Assembly: GCA_028534125.1 (NCBI GenBank)
Contig: CM052839.1
Location: 44,082,001 to 44,146,000 of the forward strand
Length of the DNA stretch: 64,000 nt
Direction of reading: 5' to 3'
Origin: Lama glama
Lineage: Eukaryota
Part shown: positions 47,266 through 57,705 of the stretch, in pieces
How positions within the stretch are numbered: the first letter of the stretch is position 1
How the letters are laid out: the number at the start of each line of letters is the position of its first letter
Translations under genes and position numbers: made by a program
Notes under the pieces: model-generated
Seen by the model: only the letters and a program-made list of their open reading frames with translations
What the model was told of the DNA's origin: nothing
Databases searched by the model: none

Positions 47266-49244
47266 TTAATTTTATTCAAAGGGGAAAAGCCTTGAAGGAA
47301 TGCCAAGGGGGAGCATGGACCAGCAGCTGGAGCCACTGTCACGTCCTCTAACTCCCAAGAGGGACTGAGGGTCATCCACCAGAACTTGCAGAACAAGGCT
47401 GCATGCTCCAGGGGAGGGGTCCAAGAGAAGCCCCACATAATTCAGGGTGTCAGGAAGGGAAGTCTGTACACATGACGTTTGGGAATCTCCCATTGTGAAT
47501 TTGTGTCAAGTTCAGTTAGAACTGAATGAAGACACAAAACAGCAGACCCCATGGGAAGGGGCCAGAGTGTGTTCTTTCATCCACAGGGGTTGGGTCTGAG
47601 CTGCCTAGGGTGGAGTCAGCAAGGCTCCATCCTGTGCCTTCTGTCTCTTCATAAAGACAGCAGTTGAAATAGTTAGATTCTTCACTTTGACATCAGTTAA
47701 AATAAATCTTACTTAACAGAGAAACCAGTGCCCCTTCCTCCAGCCTTGGTTGAGGAGAGACCACAAAGGGACAGAACAGACCCAGTGACCTCCTGTGGAG
47801 AGGGAGTGATGGCCAGAGGGTAGCTGGGGCCCAAGGACTGTGAAAGTCAGGTCCTCCAAATTCTGAACAAACCTGAAAGGCTCTGGATCAAGCATCTGCC
47901 TATGGCCTCAGCCTCTGCACTCAGCCAGTTAAAAAGCAACCTCAGGCTGCAGGGAGCAGAATATGAGGGGCTGGCACTTGGCTCTTCTTCTGCCCCTTCG
48001 TGCCCCCTAAAGCCAAAGCATCAGCTCATTAAAAGCTCATTATGAGCCTAAGGCCACAAAGGCCCAGAGAGGCAGCGCTGCCCTGGCGAAGCGCGTGGCC
48101 CTGGGGACGCAGGTGCACTGTGTCAGGCGGCCAGTGCCAAGCTGCAGACAGGAGCAGGAAGATGGAGCAGGGAGGTGGCCGGTGGGCAGTCGGGGACAGG
48201 AGGCTCTTCCAATGAAGTACCATAGGAACCAAACTTGTTTCAGGCCTCACGGGGGCAGGGATATACCTGTCTTCCAGGAAGCAGAGGAACAAACATTTAC
48301 CTGCAAACTCTCTTCCTCATACCCCCAGGGTGACAGAGGCCAAATATGAGCTCCTGTCTCAGGCTTTGAGGGCAGTGAGTCGGGGCAAGGAGGAGGGAGG
48401 GGTAGGCAGGACCCTGGCTAGCATCAGCCCTGCCTCGCAACCCAAAAGACACCAGGAAAGTTACATGAATTGCTGCCCACTAGAGGACAGTGCAGCAGAG
48501 AAAGGGGCAATGGATGCTGCTTGCTTCTTTAGTCCCCCTAAAGACTGCTGAGAGAAGGGAAGTGGGACACGTCTGGTGGAGGTGTGGGAGACTTCGGCGT
48601 GAGGCGATTCTGGGGCCCCCACCCCTGCTAACCTCCTAGCCCGCTGGTCCCTCTCAGTCCTGACAGGGGGAAGCCCTCCTCTTTCCTGATCTACTCTAGC
48701 ACTGGGGTCTGGTGCTGTTCTGGCATCGACACAGCTCTCCAGTTCCAAGGCATGAGGTTTCTGAGAATTCACTGGCAAGGAGGTTTAGGGGAAGTTGGCA
48801 GCCAGCTGAGGGCCTTGTGCTGCTCTTAGCAGCACCCAGCCTTTCCTCCTGCTGAGAGCTGCTGCATTAGATGGGGGGAGCCGTCTGTTCCTCTTCTTAC
48901 TTCCCTAGGATGCTGCGACTTTTGATTCCTGCTTGATTAATATACAGCCAACAGAGACTGTAGTTAAGGCAGCTTTAATTCTCTCAGGTCACCAAACTCA
49001 GGAGCAGCAAAGCGGCAAGGAGCCAGCCCCGCAGTAGATCAAACACTGGGACCTTCAAATTGCTCTGTGGCCCAATTTCTCATCGCTGCTGCTGCCTGAT
49101 AACCCTCCCAGCCTGGAGCCAATCTCTTCCTCTTCCAGGGGTGGGGACAGGGACTGGACATGGAGGTCCAGAGCTGAAACCCTCCTGGGAGCCAGGAATG
49201 AAAGTTGGAACCATTCAACATGTCAACCCTGGAAGAGTGAGCCC

Positions 49245-49265
49245 TTCAGCATCAGGGACAGCTCC
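49245..49265 (+). promoter_or_regulatory. RE1/NRSE (REST) motif, second copy
   Basis: TTCAGCATCAGGGACAGCTCC; 20/21 identical to the site at 46956. Confidence 0.7.
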
Positions 49266-50638
49266 AGCCAACCCCTGGGGTGTCCAGCACTGCCCACGCT
49301 CCTGCCTTCTGAGCCAAACACAGAAGGGTGTAAATGATCTCACTGTTTGGCTGGAGGTGGCCAGTGGCTAGCCCTGCTGATGGCTGCTTTTCACCAAAAC
49401 ATCCACCCCACCCAAATGAGTCTTCTGCACCCCTCTGAGACCCTGCACACTCTCACCAGCAGAGTCTTCCTTTAGGCTTTCTCTAGATTCAGCTTTCTTA
49501 TTCTCTGACCCCCAAAGAGAAGCAGGCTGCTCTTAGAACCACCTAGCCCATCTCCCTGCTGGTGCCTGGTGCCCGTGGCCTCTGCGGGTCCAATAGTTTC
49601 CTTTCTGGCTCCACCTCATGCCCTCCCAACTTGTGTCATTAGCATCTCCTGAAAGACAAGCTAATTTCTATGCTTAGCACCTGTGTGTTTACTTGTTTGG
49701 TGGTGGTGGAGATGGGGGAAGTGGCAGGGGGAGGAATGCCTGTGTGGCTGCCATTTCCTCCGAAGCGTCTTTTATAGACCTGGTCCGTGTTGCAATTCGG
49801 GGAGGCACCATGGAGCAGTACAATGCGGGAAGATTACACTTGGAAGCTGGGCTTGTAAATTACCTCCCAGTGGGGGCAGGGAATGCGCCTGTTAACGGAG
49901 AGCCCAGTGCGCAAAGCCGTTCTCATTTAAGAGCAGGATCTTCCCGGATCAGACTCTGATCAATCCTTGCTGCCACTAACACGCCATATATTTGGAAGAA
50001 ATGTTCGCATCGAAGTTGAGGAAGCCCCAGTCTTGCCTTCTCATGCTCACCCCACTGCTGTTTTATCAGTATTTTTCTCTAGCCCTAGCCCCCATTGGAT
50101 TTATTCCCCACCACTCCGCCTCTATCCACTTAAAAATNNNNNNNNNNNNNNNNNNNNNNNNNNNNNNNNNNNNNNNNNNNNNNNNNNNNNNNNNNNNNNN
50201 NNNNNNNNNNNNNNNNNNNNNNNNNNNNNNNNNNNNNNNNNNNNNNNNNNNNNNNNNNNNNNNNNNNNNNNNNNNNNTAATTGGAAATCCACGCTGGGAG
50301 ACTAGAATCTTTACTGTATTGGAATTGTATTTTTGAGAGTAAATGCCGTGGAGAGGGTCAATGGAGCTTTGAGCTGGCTGGGTTCTCTGGAGGAAAGAGT
50401 GGCTGGTTCACTGGTTACTTGGAGGTAGTTTAAAAAGAGAATCCCTGAAGCTGGCACACAGGAAGGAAGGTAGGTGTTCTGGGCTAGGGGGCAGCCCTAA
50501 TGCCCCTTGCTTGATCTGGAGAAGGCAGGAGTATGAAGGAAGGACTGTCGTCAACCACAGAGCAAAAGAGGTGGTCAAGATGGTGACGCACAGGAGAAAC
50601 CTTGTGTCTCCCTATCTGGTGGGCCAATTCTTCTCGCC

Positions 50639-50672
50639 AAAAAAAAAAAAAAAAAAAAAAAAGTAAAAAAAA
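50639..50672. repeat. Poly(A) tract
   Basis: About 24 A followed by gtaaaaaaaa; no recognisable SINE body upstream. Confidence 0.95.
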
Positions 50673-50919
50673 TCAGATAGATCATTTTCTCATGAAGACA
50701 CCAAGTCTGTCTGTATTTCACGCGGTGCAGCCTTCACTCCTGCACCTGCCACGGCAGACATGGACGTGGGCTACCTTCTCCTCTTTGCTTCTCTTTGGGA
50801 TCCCAGCCGCCCAGGTGGTCCAAGGCGGGTTGTAAGGAGGAAGCTCTGATTCTGAGAGAGCTCTGCCAGGAATTTAGATACAAATTGGCTCTTGATTCTT
50901 CAAGAGATTTCTCTAGACC

Positions 50920-51181
50920 CAGCGCTGTCCAACACAGGAGACACTAGCCCTGTGTGTATAAAATACAAGCCAGATTTTGAAGACTGGGTACTGTAGAAGA
51001 AATGAAAAATAACTTGTGGATCCAATTACATGGTGAAATAATAATATTTTGGATATACTTGGTTAAATAAAGAGTATCATGAAAATTAATCCCACTGGTT
51101 TCTTTTTCCGTTTTTGGTGTGGGTACTGGAAGGTTACATGGACATATGTGGTTTCCACTATACTTTCACCGGGAAGCACTG
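50920..51181. mobile_element. MER33 hAT-Charlie DNA transposon
   Basis: Starts 'cagcgctgtccaa' after a tctaga site; contains 'gaaataataatattttggatatacttggttaaataaa...aaaattaatcccactggtttctttt'. Confidence 0.85.
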
Positions 51182-52139
51182 ATCTTGAGCCGGGGCACGA
51201 TGTCTTTGCACTCAGCCCTGGCACCACCCACTCACTGCTTGCAACAGTGCCAGGCCCATGGTGGGATACAGGAGGAGCAGTCCACTGGGTCTCTTCTCGT
51301 GGAGGGTCCAGAGAATGAAGTCTCCTCTGGCAGAAAGCACACGCTGGTCCCCCCCAGCCCAAAGACAGACGTCCAGCAACGGGGTTTGCTCCACTGAAAT
51401 CTATTTATGTTGCTTGGTTTCTGTTTACTCCACCCCGATGCCTGGGACTGAGGCCTGCCATTACGTCCTGCCAGCGCAGGTGCACAGACCCAGGGGCCAG
51501 TGGGTGGTAGTGGTGGGCCGGCTTTCCTTCTTACTCTCGCCTTCTGCCCAGGACAAGGAGACCCTCACGCTAAGTGCCTCTCAGCTCTGGGGCTTGGCTC
51601 ACGGCTGGCACTTCTGCCCCCTGACCTGCACTGGGAGAAGGCATCCCAGCAGCCAGCTCCCCTGGGGCTGAACTTGCTTGCATTTGGCTCCTGGGGGAGC
51701 ATATTGATTTTCCTCTCCGGTGTAGAGTGAGAGGCTTCGGAAATTCCGTTCCAGTGATACAGGGCAGGGCAATCATTACCATCATCATCAGAGTGCTTTG
51801 GACAGACTGGATCTCGGGCACCCAGGAGTACCCGCAGCCTCATCTAAATACACCCAGCCCCCTCACAGGCAGGGGGAAGGATGTCTATCACTCTTCCCAT
51901 GTCACCAGATGAGTAAGATGAATCGCAGAGAGCAGAGGAGTGTCCAGGGTGCAGAGTCCCTTGGCATCTAAGTCGTCACCCCTCCCACCTGAGGAACGAA
52001 AGCGGAGCTGAGCTTCTGGGAGGACTGCAGCCCCATGGCTCCCGCCTCCCGCCACACGCAGCCTCAGCACTTCCGGAGCTCTCTACCGGCAGGAAGCGGT
52101 GCGCCACACTCAGGCTTGGGAGTCGCCCCAAGCTGGAGG

Positions 52140-52310
52140 CAAGCCCGTTTCTGACCCGACCAGCCACGTGGCTTGGAGCAAGTGCTTCAACATCTTGAGC
52201 TGTGCTTTCTGCATCTTTAAGAATGGGACACAACACCTCCCTCCAGCACTGCAGGATTCAAAGACATTCTGCATACGAAGGAGCTGGCACACAGTAGATG
52301 CTCAATAAAG
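52140..52310 (+). mobile_element. MIR SINE (followed by a short opposite-strand L2 tail at ~52320-52375)
   Basis: 'ttggagcaagtgcttcaac...tttctgcatctttaagaatggga...ctggcacacagtagatgctcaataaa'. Confidence 0.75.
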
Positions 52311-54698
52311 CATGCTAATTAAATCAACAGGTATCCACTGAGTACCTCCAAATGCCGGGCTTTGTTCTGGGTCCCTTGTCCCTGCAGCGGCCAAGTGAGA
52401 CAGCCGGTGCAGTGGCCTTTCTCTGCACCTCAATGGACAAAATTTGCCCCGATCATCTCCCAAGCCTGGGGACAGGAAGTATCGTTAACTCTCAACTATG
52501 CACGTACATGGAGTGGAACGTGCCGCTGATAATTCAGAAAGAGCAGAGAGCCGCAAATGATTCTTACTTGACTCCGAGTTGCATTCTGCTTATTTTTGCT
52601 CCGGATTTACCTTTCTAATTACTGTTTGTTCTGGCTTATGCTCAAATGTGTTTACATTCTCAGAAGTCACGCTGGTTGATGGTGAGGGGTGTGCCCCAGA
52701 AGTACGCTGGGCCCACCAGGCGGAAACCAGCCCAGACCATCCCCCCGGGGTGGCGGACACCCGCTGAATTGAACGCAGTGGGAGCTGGGGCTCCTTCCTG
52801 GGTTCTGCCCAGGAGGGATGTTGGAGGGCACCTTAATTTCTGCTTCAAGGCTTCTGCCTATGCGGGTGGCTGGGCATGGGTGGGAGGCACGAGGCCTGGA
52901 GGCCACACTGAATCCCATGAGCTGTGTTTTCTCTCATGCACCCCCACTCACAGCCCTCCTCTGGGGCAACCGCACCTTGTTCTCTGTCTCTCGCTGGGCT
53001 TCTCTCTCTGCCTCTCTCCCTCCACGTCTTCCTGTCTCTGAGCATGTGTCTCTCCATCACTCTCCTCACCTTCCTCCACTGGTGCTATTTTGAGCACTCT
53101 TCTCCCCGGGGCAAACCAGGAAACAGATATTTCTTTCAACAGATATATCTTCCATGCAGCTGGAGGTGGGGAGACCCATCCCTCCTCTAGAACTGTGAGC
53201 TTGGTGACCAAGGGGGTTGTATCTGAACGGACACCTGTCTTTATGGCCACCCATTTCCCTTTGTAGGGCAGGGAGGGAAGGCAGGATGGGGAAAACACAA
53301 CGAATCCATTGCTCTGTGCTGTCTTTCTTCTGCATACCCCACCCTGCGCCCCACATAGAGATCCTGGCATGGAAAGGGGGTCCTGTCTCTACACTAGGCA
53401 ACCGAGACCACGTGCACCCACAACGTGGGCACCTGCTTCTGATTTTCTCAGCCTGCCATGTGATTTCACCAACTGAGGGCCTCGTTCTGTGTCGGGAGAG
53501 TGTGGGATGGACTGTCATCTCACGAGTGCTATGGAGGCAGCGACTGGTTAGTCCCTGCGCTGGAGCAGACCAAAAAGCAAACTCCTAGAGGGCTCCGTGA
53601 AAGCCCTCTGCCCTGGCCATGCCCGCCTCCTCTCCATCCACACAGGCACAGGTGCCCCTGTCGGGAGGTTGATGCAGATGTCCTTCTGGTCCTCAAGGGC
53701 CCAGCGCTAAGGCCACAGCGAAGCACTGATGTTTGTGTCCTGCACACCAGCTCACAAAGCACTTCCCGTACGTCACTTGAACGTGCCTCACACGTCCCTG
53801 AGAGACAGACGAGTACAGTGGGGGACACTGAGGCTCAGGAAAGTTATACCCCACTCGACCGCCTGCACATGCTGCCCGGGGATCCGGCCACTCTGCTGCG
53901 ACTGTTAGGGGTGTCAGAAGCTCTGCTCCACACCTGAGAGCTTTCCGAAGCTGAGTGCTGTGCGTTTTCCAGTGGCAAGGTGCAAATCCCCTTCCACAAA
54001 GATGCTGATCGCACCGAGGCTGCAGCCCAGTTGTGAGACTGTTAACTGAGAGCTGGTTCTCCGGGAGAGGAGGAGGAGGTCTGCATGACTCTGGCCAGGG
54101 GAAGGCCAGTGGGCGCTGTCCCTGTGGAGCAGAACCCACACAGGGAAGGGTGCCACAGGGGTAAGGGGGTGGGGTCTGGCCGGCTCACCCTGTCTTCTCT
54201 GGAGGCACAGGCAGGGCGGCAAGCAGTTGTCAGAAAAGGAAACTAGGGGCCACCTCTGCAGCCAGGCTGCTCTGGGGGGCCTCTGCCAGGCACCACCCGC
54301 GGAGGCTGGCGGGAAGCGGGCCATGCCCCTCAGGCGGGCTTCAGCCTGTTCTGCCACCCCCTCCACCTCACTGGGACAATTCCTCCCACAGCTCTCACAT
54401 TTTCTGCCCTCCCCCCAGCAGGTGTGGGAATAGGAATGAGGGCAGGGAGCGTGCCTGGGCCCTGACCCCTCTGCCCCCCCCACCGTGCTGAGTGGCAGGT
54501 CTTGAGGTTCCCTCCAGGGAGAGAAATTAGCCCAGGTGAGAGTCAAGGAAGAGGTCACGGCCAGACATCGGCTGTTCTGAATCCAACAGTAGACCTCGAG
54601 GTGCCGACAACCTCTATGGTGGGAACAGGTGACCTAGAAGAGCCTGATTTGGTCCCAGTTCTGAAAGAAATTAGCTGCTCTTAAGTCAGTCTCTAGAG

Positions 54699-54847
54699 CT
54701 GCAATTAAAATTAAATAGAAGCAAACCCCAGTTCCTCCACTGCATCCCATTCAAGTGCTCGGTGGCCGCACGTGGCCAGTGGCTACTATGCTGAGTGCTA
54801 ATGTACAACATTTCCACGGCAGCGGGAAGTTCTACTGGAAGGGTCTG
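54699..54847. mobile_element. MER3 hAT-Charlie element with TSD
   Basis: 'aattaaaattaaat...cagttcctc...ttcaagtgctcggtggccgcacgtggccagtggctacta...aacatttcca..gcgggaagttctactgga'; TSD ctctagag (54691) / ctctaaag (54848). Confidence 0.85.
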
Positions 54848-54859
54848 CTCTAAAGCCTT

Positions 54860-54975
54860 CCACATCTCTGTCCTCTTATCTGCAAAATGGGGAGAAGAGC
54901 ACCCTAACTCTTGCCCAAGGCTCAGTGAGACGGCAGGTGGCCAAAGCGCTGTGCGCTTCACACTTTTGTAAGCAA
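54860..54975 (+). mobile_element. MIR SINE 3' part
   Basis: 'cttatctgcaaaatggggagaagagcacc'. Confidence 0.65.
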
Positions 54976-56181
54976 AGTGGCCTCTTGGTTTGTGCCCAAG
55001 CTGCCGGTCTGCTGGGGACGGAGAGGCATGGGAAGGCCTCTGGAGAGCAGCGAGCCCACGAGACGTATGCTGTTTGCTGCAGCAACCCCGAGGGGCCAAA
55101 GGATGAGGTTCCAGGGGAGATTCAAAGCCCTAGAATCGCCTGGCAGATGCGGCAGGCACCATGGAGGGCGTTCGCTCTGCCCTCCCAGGCTAAGAGCAAA
55201 CATAAGAAGCCCCATAGACAGAGCCACAAGACAGGGTGGTCTCTGCCCAGACCTGAGATAGGCAGAGGTGCCCCTGTGAGGGCAGCAGGGCCGGGGGAGA
55301 GTCCTGTGTCTCTACACATCTGGCTCCTTGCTGCACCAGAGGGGGGCTATGGGACGCATGCCTTGGCAGGATGGGCTGTGAGGTTTCATGGGGCATATCC
55401 GTGGGGAGTTGCTGAAGCCAAGAAAGCTTTGCTGGGCTGGCAGAAACCCACACATCAACTCAATAATGAAAAAAAAAAAAGGGAACTTTGCACAGAGAGC
55501 AAACCTTCGCAGGGGAAGGGGACAAATCCCCCAAAACTGACCTGGTGGATGGATCTGAGACCCCTTAGCCCCCATCTCATACAGAGGCAAGTCCCGGAGA
55601 TCCTTTCCTCAGCCATGTTGGGGGGACCACGGGAAGGAAGTCATGCATCCTTGGGCATCTTAGGAGGTGGGCAGCTGGGCCAGCCACATCCCAGTGCCCT
55701 CAGGATGAGCCCACTATGATCGCCAGCGTCTCCGCTGTCCTCAGCTCCTCCTGCATCCACTCCCACACACCTCTGTGCTCCATAAGACCTCTCTTCTCTC
55801 CTTGTTCCTTTAAACATTACCTTCTCTTCCCACAAAACAGAAACAGAAAGCGGCATGTAAATCCATCCTGATCCGATTCCGCTGCGAGCTGAGCAGCAGA
55901 GGTGGCCCGGGTGCTGCCCCAGCGAGGAGCCCTTCCCACCCACCCACCCAGGATCGCTCCCGCCTGTCCTCCACGTTGGAGCAGACCTGCCCGTCTGGGC
56001 TCCGCAGTTAATGGGCTGAGAAGGAATTCTGGATACTTTTAAAGGGAATGTGGGGGACTGAGGGAGGTGGATAGAGGGAAATCGATGGCCAACTCTGCTG
56101 GGATACAGAAAACCAAGCTTCCAGGAGCACAAGTGGGATCTTCAGGGGACTGTGGGCCCAACAGGCAGCCGGGACTGCTGG

Positions 56182-56202
56182 GCTGCTGTCCCTGGTCCTG
56201 AA
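56182..56202 (-). promoter_or_regulatory. RE1/NRSE (REST) motif
   Basis: Minus strand TTCAGGACCAGGGACAGCAGC; both half-sites present with canonical 2-nt spacing. Confidence 0.65.
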
Positions 56203-56270
56203 CGTGCCTGCTGGCGAGCGGTTGTCTCTCCCAACCCTAGGGGCACCGGTGATTTCATCCTCTCAAGAGA

Positions 56271-56347
56271 TTTTCTTTCATTTCTTCTCTCTCTCTCCCT
56301 CCCTCCCTCTCTCCCTCCTTCTCTCCCTCTCCCTTCCCCTTCCTCTC
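56271..56347. repeat. Pyrimidine-rich (CT/CCCT) simple repeat
   Basis: ttttctttcatttcttctctctctctccctccctccctctctccctcc... read directly. Confidence 0.9.
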
Positions 56348-57237
56348 GCGGGGGTATTTTCCAGAACATGTAAAATGCATCTGCTAGTCTACCACATTTT
56401 TTTTCCAACCATAACCCCCCGCAGCCCCTTGGAGGTGTTGGAGGTGGAAGCCGGTCCCTCCGTGCTCCCCCAGTGCTGTGCTCATCTCTCTGCCTCCTCA
56501 CCCCCTTCCCACATGCTTCCTTTCCCCCCAAACCTTCCCGACTTCATCGGAGTCTGGGGGAGACTGATGAAGAGCCCGGGGCAGACTCAGGCAAACTTCC
56601 TTAAAAGTTGCCTTCAACTTTCAGACCTCCTTTCTCTGCACCTCCTCCACTGCAGCCGACGACCCAAATGCTAGGCTTACACCACCCTCTCTCTAGAGCA
56701 TCTGTCTCATCCTCCTCCTCCTGCCTGCCTCACTGGGAGCTGTCACAAGCTGGGTGATGACACACATCTCTGCAATGTCAGCAGTCATGACTGGGAGAAT
56801 ACCGTAGGTCCCCTGGATGCTCTTGGAGGTACTGACAAGGCTTCCCTGGAACGAGGGGTTGGGTGGGCCAAGGCCTAGGTGGGGAGGACTCCAGAGGGGG
56901 CAGCACAAGGCCTGGGGCGCGTCTGAGATGGCCTGTGCTTCCTCCTGCCATAGAATCTACAGGCACTTCTTGTCTTAGAAGAAGGGGAGAAACCTGGGGG
57001 CTTGAAGCATCATGGGGAGGAGAGGCAGTCCCAGGAAACTTTGGGGCCCTGCCCAGGGTGCCGCCCCCATGCACCATGACTGCCAGTCCCTTCCACTAGG
57101 GCAGAGCTCTCCAGCGTACACGGCTTTCCCCAACACAATCTCACATGCTTCTCACACCCGGTCTTGCAGATTGGTTCCCGCAGTGGTCCTCTGTCCGGGC
57201 AGGGGATCTGCCCAAGATCTCACAGCTTGAGCCCAGG

Positions 57238-57705
57238 TGTCGGACACTCCCTGTGCCCCGCCTCCCATCCACCCTTAACTCCTGCCTTCCCCACTGCAGC
57301 CAGCTGCGCACGGCTGTAACCTGATAGCGCGGCCCCTCAGCACACATTTCAGTTTCTGCCCTGGGGCTTTTCTGCTGCTGCTGTGTGGGCACCTGTGGGA
57401 ACCCACTCAGCTGCTCTGACGCACGGGCAAACCTGGAGGTGTGCAGAGGCAACGGCGTATGGAGCAAAGCTTGCCTGGAGGGAAGGGACCTGGAGGGCGG
57501 TGCTTCCTTTCCAGCCCTCACGTGGATCCGCCCGTGGCCCCTCGGCCCTGATCTCGGTTGCCCACAGTGGTGATCAGCTCAACCACACCCCCGGGCCGGT
57601 TATGCCTCTTTATCTTTCATATCCCCCTCTGGACTTCTCCAAACACGCTCCCCGCCTTTGAACACTTCTCCCGGCTGGTGTCTGGGGGGAAACCAAGCTA
57701 AGGCA
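57238..57705 (+). mobile_element. 5' LTR of ERVL provirus (LTR16 family)
   Basis: Starts TG ('tgtcggacactccctgtgccccgcc'), contains 'gttgcccacagtggtga', ends 'tctggggggaaaccaagctaaggca' (CA), as in LTR16. Confidence 0.8.

Noticed and set aside
6325-48492. CTCF-like motifs (~6325, ~11020, ~15832, ~28913, ~48474)
   Set aside because: Each deviates from the core consensus and the GC-rich background produces many such matches; not supportable without a PWM scan or ChIP.
50889-50906. Short hairpins (ctcttga-ttct-tcaagag here; cgctgacc/ggtcagcg at ~13847-13869)
   Set aside because: Stems of 7-8 bp are expected by chance and are too short for a pre-miRNA.
15939-54121. RE1 half-sites (TTCAGCACC at 15939; GGACAGCGCC on minus at ~54112-54121; weak site at ~25459)
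   Set aside because: Only one half matches; too weak to call.
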